From an uncultured Gemmatimonadaceae bacterium (GTDB taxonomy: Bacteria; Gemmatimonadota; Gemmatimonadetes; Gemmatimonadales; Gemmatimonadaceae): a stretch of 64,000 nucleotides of DNA. Numbering within the stretch: position 1 is the first letter of the stretch; each line of letters starts with the position of its first letter. Position numbers and translations under genes: made by a program. The DNA is taken from the NCBI GenBank assembly GCA_963716745.1, contig OY970320.1, positions 1,504,001-1,568,000 of the forward strand, given 5' to 3'. Under the pieces are notes generated by a model. The model worked only from the letters and a program-made list of their open reading frames with translations. It ran no database searches and was not told the DNA's origin. Positions 1-9,148 of this stretch are shown piece by piece.

Positions 1-1058
1 AGCCTCTGATCGCGCGCCACGCGCGCCACAGCGGCCTCGAGTTCGCGGCGCGCGCGCGCGATGGCCGCCTGGCTCTCGCGCTGCGCGCGCGCGAATTCCG
101 CCTGGGCGCGGAACACGCCCGCCTGCGCGACCGCGATCTCGCCCGAGCGCCGGCTCCAGAGCGGCAGCGGCACGGTGATGCCGACGGTCGGGAGGAAGCC
201 CGGCTCGGCGCCCGTGGGGTCGTGCGTGTCGAAACCAAGTGAGAGCGACGGCGTGCTGAAGATGCTCTTGTTCTCCACCGCGAGCGCGCTCGCGGCGCCA
301 CGCATCGATGCCTCGGCGGCGGCCACCGCGAGCGGAGCCGGCGCGGCGGCGGTGGTGTCGGGAGGACCGCCCGCTCGCGGCATAGTGACGGCCGTGAGCG
401 AATCCGTGAGCGCGATGAGTTCGCGGCCGGCGGGCAATCCCATCACGCGTTGGAGCTCGAGCAGCGCGCTCAGCGCGGCAAGGGAATCGTTCGCGCTCGC
501 ATTGGCCGCCTGGCCCGCGTTCACGGCCGCCAACTCCACATCGAGATCGCTGGCGTCGCCGGCATCGCGCCGGAGACGGGCGAGCACGAGCAGGCTGTCG
601 GCCTCGATGGCGGTGCGCGACGAGAGGCGCGCGTGCGCCGCGGTGGCGAGCGCGGCCGTGTACGACGTGTCGGCCTCCACGCGCGCCGCCGCGCGCTCGA
701 GCACGAACCGGTAGTGCGCTGCGCGCTGCAGTTGGTGCGCCGCTTCCGAACGGGCGTCGCGCAGCCCGGGGTATTCGATCGGCTGGTCGAGCGAGACGTG
801 ATATTGCGGCACCGACTTCGAGTAGCCGGCGGCGAGCGCAGGATTCGGATACGCCTCGGCCGCCACGAGCGCCGCGCGCGCCGCGGCGGTGTCGGTGAGC
901 GCGAAGGCGACGCGCGACCCGTTCGTGAGCGCCTCGGACACGGCCTGCGTGCGCGAGACCGGACGGAGCGTGTCAGCGCCCTGCTGCGCGCCGGCGGCGG
1001 GCACTGCCGCGCCGAGCAGCACACCGAGCCATAGCGGGGCCCCGCAGATCAGGCGCAT
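1..1058 (-). CDS. TolC/CzcC-family outer membrane efflux protein (3' end runs off the window)
   Basis: My translation from the ATG at 1058 (not in the ORF track) gives MRLICGAPLWLGVLLGAAVPAAGAQQ (signal peptide), then AYPNPAL and RRDAGDASDLDVELA, an Ala-rich helical outer membrane factor pattern. Confidence 0.75.
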   Translation of the reverse strand, partial: MRLICGAPLWLGVLLGAAVPAAGAQQGADTLRPVSRTQAVSEALTNGSRVAFALTDTAAARAALVAAEAYPNPALAAGYSKSVPQYHVSLDQPIEYPGLRDARSEAAHQLQRAAHYRFVLERAAARVEADTSYTAALATAAHARLSSRTAIEADSLLVLARLRRDAGDASDLDVELAAVNAGQAANASANDSLAALSALLELQRVMGLPAGRELIALTDSLTAVTMPRAGGPPDTTAAAPAPLAVAAAEASMRGAASALAVENKSIFSTPSLSLGFDTHDPTGAEPGFLPTVGITVPLPLWSRRSGEIAVAQAGVFRAQAEFARAQRESQAAIARARRELEAAVARVARDQR

Positions 1059-1127
1059 AGAACGAGAAAGATGCCCCCCTCGCGGCGGCCACGCCAACAT
1101 CCAGGGGATTACATCTCCGCAATGCAC

Positions 1128-1159
1128 GAAGCGCGCGAGGCTTTTGCCCCGCGCGCTTC
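1128..1159. terminator. GC-rich hairpin downstream of pilC
   Basis: GAAGCGCGCGAGGC-TTTT-GCCCCGCGCGCTTC, about 35 nt past the pilC stop. Confidence 0.5.
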
Positions 1160-1165
1160 AGTACG

Positions 1166-1179
1166 CACGACTCACGACT
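1166..1179. repeat. Heptamer tandem (CACGACT)x2
   Basis: Same unit as at 7303-7330. Confidence 0.5.
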
Positions 1180-1192
1180 CCCGCCGCTAGCG

Positions 1193-2383
1193 TTACTGCA
1201 CGGCGTTGATCATGTCGAAGATCGGCAGGTACATGGCGACCACCATGCCGCCGACGATCACGCCGAGGAACACGATCATGACCGGTTCCATCAGCGACAG
1301 CAAGCCGCCGACGGCCGTGTCGACTTCCGTGTCGTAGAAGTCGGCGATCTTCGTGAGCATTTCGTCCAGACCGCCCGTCTGTTCACCGACCGCGATCATC
1401 GAGATCACCATCGGCGGGAAGACGTTCGACTTCTGGAGGGGCGCGGAGATCGTATCACCGCCGGCGATCGACGCGCGGCTCGACATGATCGCGTCGTGGA
1501 TCACGCGGTTGCCCGCGGTCTTGGCGGTGATCTCGAGACCGTCCAGGATGCTCACGCCGGAGCTGATCAGCGTACCGAGCGTGCGCGTGAAGCGCGAGAC
1601 GGCCGACTTGCGCAGCATGTCGCCCAGCACCGGCATATGGAGCAGCGCGGTGTCGAGCTTGAGCTGGCCGCTGGGTGTCTTGTACCAGCGCCGGGTGGCC
1701 CACACGAGGCCGTAGCCGCCGATCAGGAACGCCCACCAGTACCCTTTCACGATCACCGACAGCTCGATCACGACGCGCGTGGGGAGCGGCAGCGCCAGGT
1801 TCACGCTGGCGAACATGTTCTCGAACACCGGGATCACGAAGATCAGCAGCACGACGATCGCGATGAAGGCCACGCTCATGATCACGAGCGGGTACACCAT
1901 CGCGCTCTTCACCTTGCCGATCAGGGCGTCGTTCTTCTCGAGGAACGTCGCGAGACGCATCAAGATGGTGTCCAGGATACCGCCCGCCTCGCCGGCCGCG
2001 ACCATGTTCACGTACAGGTCGCTGAAGGCCTTGGGGTGCCGCCGCAGCGCGTCGGCCACGGTGTGGCCCGATTCCACGTCGTACACCACCTGCCTCGTGA
2101 CTTCCTGCAGCGCCGGGTTCTCGCTCTGCTTGCTCAGGATGTCCAGCGCCTGGACGAGCGGAAGACCCGAATTGATCATCGTCGAGAACTGCCGCGTGAA
2201 GATCACGACGTCCTTCGTCTTGATCCTCCCGCCGCGTTTCTTCTTCTGCTCCTCGTCCACCTTGACGACGATGAGCTTCTGGCGGCGGAGCTGGGCGACG
2301 ACATCATCGCGCGACGTCCCCTCCATCGTCGCGTTCTTGAGTTCGCCGCTGAGCGTGCGCGCGGTGTAGGCGAAAGTCGGCAT
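1193..2383 (-). CDS. pilC: Type IV pilus platform protein PilC (T2SS F family)
   Basis: FTRQFSTMINSGLPL, AGEAGGILD, GEQTGGLD and EPVMIVFLG...AMYLPIF motifs. Confidence 0.95.
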   Translation of the reverse strand: MPTFAYTARTLSGELKNATMEGTSRDDVVAQLRRQKLIVVKVDEEQKKKRGGRIKTKDVVIFTRQFSTMINSGLPLVQALDILSKQSENPALQEVTRQVVYDVESGHTVADALRRHPKAFSDLYVNMVAAGEAGGILDTILMRLATFLEKNDALIGKVKSAMVYPLVIMSVAFIAIVVLLIFVIPVFENMFASVNLALPLPTRVVIELSVIVKGYWWAFLIGGYGLVWATRRWYKTPSGQLKLDTALLHMPVLGDMLRKSAVSRFTRTLGTLISSGVSILDGLEITAKTAGNRVIHDAIMSSRASIAGGDTISAPLQKSNVFPPMVISMIAVGEQTGGLDEMLTKIADFYDTEVDTAVGGLLSLMEPVMIVFLGVIVGGMVVAMYLPIFDMINAVQ

Positions 2384-2404
2384 TCGTGCTCCTGAGTCGC
2401 GGAG

Positions 2405-3580
2405 TTAGCGCTTGCCGCCGGCGCCGGCCATCCGCTGTTCGCGGCTGGGCACCTGCAGCGGGTCCGTGCTGTCATCCATCGGGCCTTCACCGATCATCCG
2501 GAGGAACTCGTTGGGATCGGACGAAACGCGGAGGCATTCCTCGCGCACCACTTCGCGCGCCATGTACAGCTGGTAGAGCGCATCGTTGAGCGTCTGCATG
2601 CCGTACTTCTTGCCCGACTGCATCGACGAGTGCACCTGGTGGATCTTCGCGTCGCGAATGAGCGCGCGGATCGCCGGCGTGGCGATCAGGATCTCGGCCG
2701 CCATCACGCGGCCGCGTCCCTTCGCGCGCGGGAGCAGCGTTTGCGTCACGATGCCTTCGAGCACGAACGCGAGCTGCTGCCGCACCTGCTGCTGCTGGTG
2801 CGCCGGGAACACGTCCACCATGCGCGTGATCGCCTCGGCCGCCGAGTTGGTGTGCAGCGTGGCGAAGCAGAGGTGACCCGTCTCCGAGATCGTGAGCGCG
2901 GCCGCGATCGTCTCGAGGTCGCGCATTTCGCCGACGAGGATCACGTCGGGATCCTCGCGCAGCGCGTACTTGAGCGCGTTGGCGAAGCTCTTCGTGTCGG
3001 TACCCACCTCGCGCTGATTGACGATGCAGCTCTGGTGGCGGTGGATGAACTCGATCGGATCTTCCACTGTGATGATGTGGCCGCGGCGCTCGCGATTGAT
3101 CTTGTCGATCATCGCGGCGAGCGTGGTGCTCTTGCCCGAGCCCGTCGGACCGGTGACGAGCACGAGACCGCGCGGCTTCTCCGCCATCTTTGCGACCGCG
3201 GGCGAGAGCCCCAGTTCGTCGAAGGTGCGGATGTTGAACGGGATCTGCCGGATCACGAGGCTCACGCAGCCCCGCTGCTTGAAGCAGTTGCCGCGGAAGC
3301 GGGCCAGGTTCTGGATGCCGAAGGAGAAGTCGAGCTCGTCCTCGGTCTCGAAGCGCTTCTTCTGGTTCTCAGTGAGGATCGAGTACGCGAGTTGCAGCGT
3401 GTCCTTGGGCGAGAGCACCTGATCGGTGTTCGAATCGGTGATGTCGCCATCGATGCGGAGCTTCGGACGGTCGCCGGCCGTGATGTGCAGGTCGGAAGCG
3501 TCCCGTTCGATCATCTCCTCCAGAAGCTGGCGGAGATTGGCGCCCTGTGGTGGGGCGGCGGTTGAGGCTGGGGCGGTCAT
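2405..3580 (-). CDS. pilT: Type IV pilus retraction ATPase PilT
   Basis: Walker A GPTGSGKST, EDPIEF, LREDPDVILVGEMRD and the PilT-specific AIRALIR motif; start taken at MTAPAST. Confidence 0.95.
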   Translation of the reverse strand: MTAPASTAAPPQGANLRQLLEEMIERDASDLHITAGDRPKLRIDGDITDSNTDQVLSPKDTLQLAYSILTENQKKRFETEDELDFSFGIQNLARFRGNCFKQRGCVSLVIRQIPFNIRTFDELGLSPAVAKMAEKPRGLVLVTGPTGSGKSTTLAAMIDKINRERRGHIITVEDPIEFIHRHQSCIVNQREVGTDTKSFANALKYALREDPDVILVGEMRDLETIAAALTISETGHLCFATLHTNSAAEAITRMVDVFPAHQQQQVRQQLAFVLEGIVTQTLLPRAKGRGRVMAAEILIATPAIRALIRDAKIHQVHSSMQSGKKYGMQTLNDALYQLYMAREVVREECLRVSSDPNEFLRMIGEGPMDDSTDPLQVPSREQRMAGAGGKR

Positions 3581-3712
3581 TGGGCTCCGGGACGGTCGGT
3601 ACGGGTGGGGCCGGATACCGGCCACATCATAATAGTAGACGACGAAGCCGGCGGAACGATTCGTCCGCCGGCCGGATACCACCCTCCCAAGCCGGCCGGG
3701 CCGGGGCCCGGG

Positions 3713-5539
3713 CTAGGAGGCCGTTTCGCGGATCACCTGGTCCAGGGTGGTGATCCCCTTCATGACCTTCAGCAGGCCGTCCATGCGCAGAGTGAGCATG
3801 CCGTCCTGCACGGCGGCATCGCGGATCTCGGCCGCGCCGGCGCTCTGCATGATCAGCTTCCGCACGCGCGGGGTCATCATCATGACCTCGTACAAGCCCT
3901 GGCGCCCCTTGAGACCCGACTGGCCGCAGGCGTCGCAGCCGCGGCCCTTGAAGAAGGGCATCTCGCCGACCTTGGTCTTGAGCGAGAAGTCCTTCACGAT
4001 CGGCGCGGCTTCCTTGCTGGCCATGCGCTTCATGTTCGTGATCGCTTCCTCGGTGTACTGCATGTCGCCGAAGGTCGCGTCCTTGTTCAAATGCGCGGCC
4101 TTGAGTTCCACGTCGTCGGGCTCGTACTTGGCGCGGCACGTGCCGCAGATGCGGCGCACGAGCCGCTGCGCCAGCACGAGGTTGAGCGCGCTGGCCACGT
4201 TGAACGGCTCGAGCCCCATGTCCATGAGACGCGTCACCGTTTCCGGCGCCGAGTTCGTGTGCAGCGTGCTCATCACCAAGTGGCCCGTGAGGGCGGCCTT
4301 GATCGCGATGCCACCCGTTTCCAGGTCGCGGATCTCTCCGATCATGATGATGTTCGGGTCCTGCCGGAGGAACGCTTTCAGCGCCGCGGCGAACGACAGG
4401 CCGATATCGGTGCGCACGAGCACCTGATTGATCCCGAAGAGATTGTACTCGACGGGATCCTCGGCGGTCATGATGTTCACGTCGATGTTGTTCACCTTCG
4501 AGAGCGCCGAGTACAGCGTGGTGGTCTTGCCCGAGCCCGTGGGGCCGGTGACGAGCACCATGCCGTACGGGTTGGCGACCGCTTCCATGAGGTCGGCCTC
4601 GGCGCGCGGCTCGATGCCGAACTTCTCGAGGTCGAGCGTCAGGTTCCCCTTGTCGAGGATCCGGAGGACGACCTTCTCGCCGAACAGCGTGGGCAGCGTG
4701 GACACGCGGTAGTCGATGACCTTCTTGCCGATCTTCAGTTTGATGCGGCCGTCCTGCGGCACGCGGCGCTCGGCGATGTTCAAGTTCGCCATGATCTTGA
4801 AGCGCGAGATGAGCGCCGCCTTGAGCTTCATCGGCGGCTTCATGATCTCCATGAGCGCGCCGTCGATGCGGTAGCGCACGCGCATCTCGAACTCGAAGCA
4901 TTCGAAGTGGATGTCCGACGCGCCCTTCTTCACGGCGTCGGTGAGGATCCCGTTGATGAGCTTCACCACCGGGGCGTCGTCGATCGCGGCGGCGAGAACG
5001 GAGGCGTTGACCTCCTCCTCCTTCTCCTCGACGACTTCGACGTCGCTGTCATCCTCCATGTCGCTGAGGATGTTCGCCAGCGCGTCGCCGCCGGTGTCGC
5101 CATAGTGCTTGTCGACGGCGTTGCGCAGCGTGTACTCACCGGCGATGACCGGGAAGATGTCGTAGCGCGTGATGAACTTCAGGTCATCGATGACGCCGAG
5201 GTCGGACGGGTCGGCCATCGCGACCGTGAGCGTGCGCCCTTCGCGCTTGAGCGGCAGCACGAGGTGGCGCTGCGCGAGCTCGGCGGGAATGAGCTTCGCG
5301 ATGCGCTGGTCGACTTCGAAGTTGGTGAGGTCCACCGCCGGCATGCGGTATTGGCGGGCCAGCATGCGGGTGAGTTCCACCTCGTTCACGAAGCCGAGCT
5401 TCACGAGGTTGTAGCCGACGCGGTATCCGCCCTGCTTCTGTTCCTGGAGCGCCTTGTCGAGCGCCTGTTGATTGATGAGCCCCTCCTTCAGGAGGAGCTC
5501 ACCGATCTTCAGACCAGTGGCGACTGCTTGAGCGGCCAT
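3713..5539 (-). CDS. pilB: Type IV pilus assembly ATPase PilB
   Basis: MshEN-like N-terminus (KIGELLLKEGLI), GPTGSGKTT, RQDPNIIMIGEIRD, and CxxC...CxxC zinc motif. Confidence 0.95.
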   Translation of the reverse strand: MAAQAVATGLKIGELLLKEGLINQQALDKALQEQKQGGYRVGYNLVKLGFVNEVELTRMLARQYRMPAVDLTNFEVDQRIAKLIPAELAQRHLVLPLKREGRTLTVAMADPSDLGVIDDLKFITRYDIFPVIAGEYTLRNAVDKHYGDTGGDALANILSDMEDDSDVEVVEEKEEEVNASVLAAAIDDAPVVKLINGILTDAVKKGASDIHFECFEFEMRVRYRIDGALMEIMKPPMKLKAALISRFKIMANLNIAERRVPQDGRIKLKIGKKVIDYRVSTLPTLFGEKVVLRILDKGNLTLDLEKFGIEPRAEADLMEAVANPYGMVLVTGPTGSGKTTTLYSALSKVNNIDVNIMTAEDPVEYNLFGINQVLVRTDIGLSFAAALKAFLRQDPNIIMIGEIRDLETGGIAIKAALTGHLVMSTLHTNSAPETVTRLMDMGLEPFNVASALNLVLAQRLVRRICGTCRAKYEPDDVELKAAHLNKDATFGDMQYTEEAITNMKRMASKEAAPIVKDFSLKTKVGEMPFFKGRGCDACGQSGLKGRQGLYEVMMMTPRVRKLIMQSAGAAEIRDAAVQDGMLTLRMDGLLKVMKGITTLDQVIRETAS

Positions 5540-5617
5540 CGGGGCTCGAAAGAGTGGAACGGCATATCGCCGGTCGCCCCCGGCCAAGGACCGGGCTGCG
5601 TGCAGGTCGATATTCTG

Positions 5618-6265
5618 TCATGGAGAGCGCGGCTTCCGCAAGCGCCGGCCGCGGCCGCCGGCGTCGCCGGAGGCCCCGTCTCCATCGTTGGATGGACGCG
5701 GTGTCAGGGTGAAGGTCACGTACGAAGCTATGGTACGCGCGATGGTCGGACCGATGCCCTTCACTCGCGTGAGTTCCTCGAGACTCCCGAACGGTCCGTT
5801 CGCGTCGCGGTCCGCCACGATCCGGCGTGCGAGCGTGGGTCCGATGCGCGGAAGGCGCTCGATCTCGGCCGCGGATGCGACGTCCACGTCTACCTTGACT
5901 GGCGGTTCGACCGCGGAAGGCGTGAGACCGGAGCCTGGACTCTCCGCGTCAGAGCGGCCGCTGCTCCGGCTCGGCCTCACGCGCGCATAGTACACCCGCG
6001 GCGGCGTGCTCTCCTCGGTCCAGACGCTGCCACCTGTCACCGGGCGCGGACCGGCAGCGGTATCGGGCTTGGAACGTTTTCGGCCCTTCCCGCCCCCGGC
6101 GCGCCTCGCACTGTCGACGGCCTCGATCTGCCGGTGGAGTTCCAGCCGCGAATTCGCGCTCGGCGGCGGCGCATTGCCGGAGGCGCCGAGCACTCGCGCG
6201 GCGGCGCCCAGGAGGATCACTCCGGCGAAGAAGGTGAGGGCCCGTTTCTCGGTGGGTGTTGGCAT
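5618..6265 (-). CDS. comEA: ComEA-family helix-hairpin-helix DNA-binding protein
   Basis: N-terminal TM helix; two HhH motifs LPRIGPTLARRIV and VKGIGP with GPFGSLEEL between them. Confidence 0.85.
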   Translation of the reverse strand: MPTPTEKRALTFFAGVILLGAAARVLGASGNAPPPSANSRLELHRQIEAVDSARRAGGGKGRKRSKPDTAAGPRPVTGGSVWTEESTPPRVYYARVRPSRSSGRSDAESPGSGLTPSAVEPPVKVDVDVASAAEIERLPRIGPTLARRIVADRDANGPFGSLEELTRVKGIGPTIARTIASYVTFTLTPRPSNDGDGASGDAGGRGRRLRKPRSP

Positions 6266-6336
6266 GGGCGAACATGTGGTGCGCGCTGCCGCGGACCATC
6301 ACCCGAACATCACTCAGCGCATCGAACCACTGCGCG

Positions 6337-7230
6337 CTATTCGTGCACCAGGGCGTACGCGACGTCGCCCGATATTTGCAGGCTCTTCTGCGACACTTTG
6401 TCGTATGTGTCCTGCGGCGTGTGGTGCTGCGGGTAGTCGGCATCGATGACGTCGATGACGTGCAGCCCGCCGTCGAGCAGAGGGAGATGGTCGTCGATCA
6501 TGGCGCCCGCGCCCATGGGGACGAAGGTACCCTTGTACCCGAGGTCGGCGGCCTTCTTCCACACGAGGGCGACGACTTCCGGCGCGCGTTGCACTGAGAA
6601 TGCCTCTTCGGGAAAACGCGTGTTCTGCTTCCCGATCATGTCCCACAGCACGCCGTACAGCGGCGCATAGCCCGAATCGGGCAGATGCTTGGCGAAGTAT
6701 TTCGCGCCGAGCAGGACGTCCTTGCCATTGTCGAAGGAGCCGTAGTCCTCGCCGTCCACGAACAGCAGGTCGACTCCGACATTCGGCGGCGTCTTCTTGA
6801 GCGCCTCGGCGAGCGCGATGAACATGGCGACGCCGGACGCGCCGTCGTTCGCGCCGGGCATTGGGAGCGCGCGCTGCACGGGGTCCGGCGTACCGTCGGA
6901 GATGGGCCGCGTGTCCCAATGCGTGATGAAGAGCACGCGCTGCGTTTCCTTGGGTCGGAAGCGCGCGATGATGTTCCGGAGCGGCAGTGTGTCGCCCTTG
7001 GTGGTCACGTGGGTCCACTTCTGCTCGATCACCGTGTCGGCCGTCAACCTCACCTGCTCAACGATCCAGTCGCCCGTCTTGCGATGCGCGGCCGTGCCGG
7101 GGATGCGCGGTCCGTTGTCCACCTGCGTCTTCACATAGCCGAGCGCCACCGCGCCATTGAAGGGAGTGCGTGGAGCGTCGTTCCTGCACGCCAAGGCCAA
7201 GCTCAGGAGGAGGATCGCGTAACGCCGCAC
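6337..7230 (-). CDS. M28-family metallopeptidase / glutaminyl cyclase-like lipoprotein
   Basis: Lipobox LALAC; HWDTR, GANDGASG, DGED, DMIG, DDH and HHT motifs. Confidence 0.85.
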   Translation of the reverse strand: MRRYAILLLSLALACRNDAPRTPFNGAVALGYVKTQVDNGPRIPGTAAHRKTGDWIVEQVRLTADTVIEQKWTHVTTKGDTLPLRNIIARFRPKETQRVLFITHWDTRPISDGTPDPVQRALPMPGANDGASGVAMFIALAEALKKTPPNVGVDLLFVDGEDYGSFDNGKDVLLGAKYFAKHLPDSGYAPLYGVLWDMIGKQNTRFPEEAFSVQRAPEVVALVWKKAADLGYKGTFVPMGAGAMIDDHLPLLDGGLHVIDVIDADYPQHHTPQDTYDKVSQKSLQISGDVAYALVHE

Positions 7231-7302
7231 CGATTGGAACTCCGTGGAGGTTCGAGGGAATGTAATCGTTCAGCGGCCGCCGTTCATTGTTCCTATGCAA
7301 TT

Positions 7303-7330
7303 CACGACGCACGACTCACGACTCACGCCG
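7303..7330. repeat. Heptamer tandem CACGACG-CACGACT-CACGACT-CACGCCG
   Basis: Read directly in the divergent intergenic region; preceded by GCAATT and ending in GCCGTT. Confidence 0.7.
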
Positions 7331-7378
7331 TTTATTAGCCCCCTGGCGCCGTAAGCCATAGATTCCCTTCCGATCTCC

Positions 7379-9148
7379 ATGCGCATCCTTACCCGCTACG
7401 TCCTCAAAGAGCACTTCGGGCCGCTCGTGTTCGCGCTGTCGGCGCTCACGACACTGCTCTTGCTCAACCAGGTGGCCAAGCAGTTCGGCAATCTGGTGGG
7501 CAAGGGGTTGTCGTGGGGCGTGATCGGCGAATTCTTCCTGCTCACGCTGCCGTTCATCGTCGCGATGACGCTGCCGATGGCCGTGCTGGTGGCGGTGTTG
7601 TACGCGTTCAGCCGGCTCTCGGGGGAGAACGAGGTGACGGCGATGCGCGCGAGCGGCGTGTCGATGATCAGCTTCGTGCGGCCGGTGCTATTCGCGGGCA
7701 TCATCCTCGCGCTCGCGAACCTGCTGTTCAACGATCAGGTGCTGCCGCGCGCGAACCATCGGCTGCGGTCGCTGCAAACGGACATCGCGCGCAAGAAGCC
7801 GACCTTCGCGCTGCGCCCGCAGGTGATCAACGAGGTGATGCCCGGGCGGCTCTTCCTGCGCGCCGGCCGCCTGGACGAGGCCTCGAACGGGATGAACGAG
7901 GTCACGATCTTCAATTTCGACGACCCCACGCGCCGCAAGACGATCTACGCCGACAGTGGCTCCATGGGGCTCACGCCCGATCAGCGCGATCTCGTGCTCA
8001 CGCTGCACGACGGCTACATGCAGCAGATCCCGCAGCTCAACATGGGCGAATTGCAGCGCCTCTATTTCAAGACCGATCTCGTGCGCGTGCGGAATGTCGG
8101 CAACAAGTTCGAGGAGACATCCAAGGACACGTACAAGTCCGAGCGCGAGATGTCGGTGTGCGAGATGGATTCGATGTACCAGCGGGCGCGCAACGAAGAG
8201 GCCGTCGCGCGGTCCGAGGTCGCGGGCACGATGCTCTCTGCCGTGCATTTCGCGTCCACCGGTGAGAATGCACCGACGGTCGCGACACCTCCGCCGTTCA
8301 CTCTGCACACGCTCGGCTCGCTGTATTGCCGGCTGGTGAAGCGCATCTCGCCGGCTCCGGACACGAGCGAAGCATCGGAGCCGCCGCCCCCAACGCCACC
8401 GCCGGTGGCGCCCGCCATCGCCGGCGCGCCCCCGCCCGCGCCGCCGCCGAGTCTCGCGGCGACGCCGATACCTCCAGGCTCGCGGCGCGCGGCGGATGTT
8501 CTCAGGTCGCCGACAGGTCCGCACCCGCCGGCACCGGCGGTGCGGCGAATGCCGCCGTCCGCGAACGGACCGATCCGCCCGTTCGATCAGCCCGCGACCA
8601 TGACGGCGCGCGCGGGCGCGCGCCCGCAGCCGGGGCAGATCGTCGTGCTGGATCCGCAGGGGCCCTCGGCGATGGGAGCCTTCGGATCGCAGCACTTCGT
8701 GCAGACGCTCGCGCGGTTGCAGATCGCGAAGGCACGCGTGAGCGATGCGCAGACCACGGGCAGCCGCTACGCCGTGGAGATCCAAAAGAAGTTCGCGCTC
8801 GCGGCCGCGTGCGCCGTGTTCGTGTTGTTCGGGGCGCCGGTGGGACTGCGTTTCCCGCGCGGCGGCATCGGCATGGTGCTCGGCATCAGCATCGTGGTGT
8901 TCGCGATGTACTACATCGGACTCGTGGCCGGCGAGGCCACCGCGAATCGACTCAAGCTGACGCCGTTCTGGGGGATGTGGATGGCCAACGTCGTATTCAC
9001 CGCCGCAGGCGTGTACTTCATGTACAAGGTGCAGCGCTCCGGTTCAACAGCGCGCGGCGGCGACTTCAGCGAGCTGCTCGAGACCGCGCGCAACTGGCTC
9101 GCCGCCCGGCGGCCAGGCGCCCGCGCCGCCGCCGCGCCCGCGCCGTGA
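7379..9148 (+). CDS. lptF: LptF/LptG-family permease (LptF-like) with a Pro-rich insertion
   Basis: ILTRYVLKE, ENEVTAMRASGVS, EIQKKFALAAAC and GMWMAN motifs; paired with lptG. Confidence 0.85.
   Translation: MRILTRYVLKEHFGPLVFALSALTTLLLLNQVAKQFGNLVGKGLSWGVIGEFFLLTLPFIVAMTLPMAVLVAVLYAFSRLSGENEVTAMRASGVSMISFVRPVLFAGIILALANLLFNDQVLPRANHRLRSLQTDIARKKPTFALRPQVINEVMPGRLFLRAGRLDEASNGMNEVTIFNFDDPTRRKTIYADSGSMGLTPDQRDLVLTLHDGYMQQIPQLNMGELQRLYFKTDLVRVRNVGNKFEETSKDTYKSEREMSVCEMDSMYQRARNEEAVARSEVAGTMLSAVHFASTGENAPTVATPPPFTLHTLGSLYCRLVKRISPAPDTSEASEPPPPTPPPVAPAIAGAPPPAPPPSLAATPIPPGSRRAADVLRSPTGPHPPAPAVRRMPPSANGPIRPFDQPATMTARAGARPQPGQIVVLDPQGPSAMGAFGSQHFVQTLARLQIAKARVSDAQTTGSRYAVEIQKKFALAAACAVFVLFGAPVGLRFPRGGIGMVLGISIVVFAMYYIGLVAGEATANRLKLTPFWGMWMANVVFTAAGVYFMYKVQRSGSTARGGDFSELLETARNWLAARRPGARAAAAPAP

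Noticed and set aside
3647..3672. Hairpin GCCGGCGGA/TCCGCCGGC between pilB and pilT as a riboswitch or ncRNA
   Set aside because: A short GC stem without recognisable aptamer motifs; plausible by chance.
3605..6436. Very long antisense or alternative-frame ORFs (943 aa here; also 52438-55197 and 46048-48279)
   Set aside because: Shadow ORFs opposite well-supported genes, Arg/Ala/Gly-rich and without motifs; expected at this GC content.
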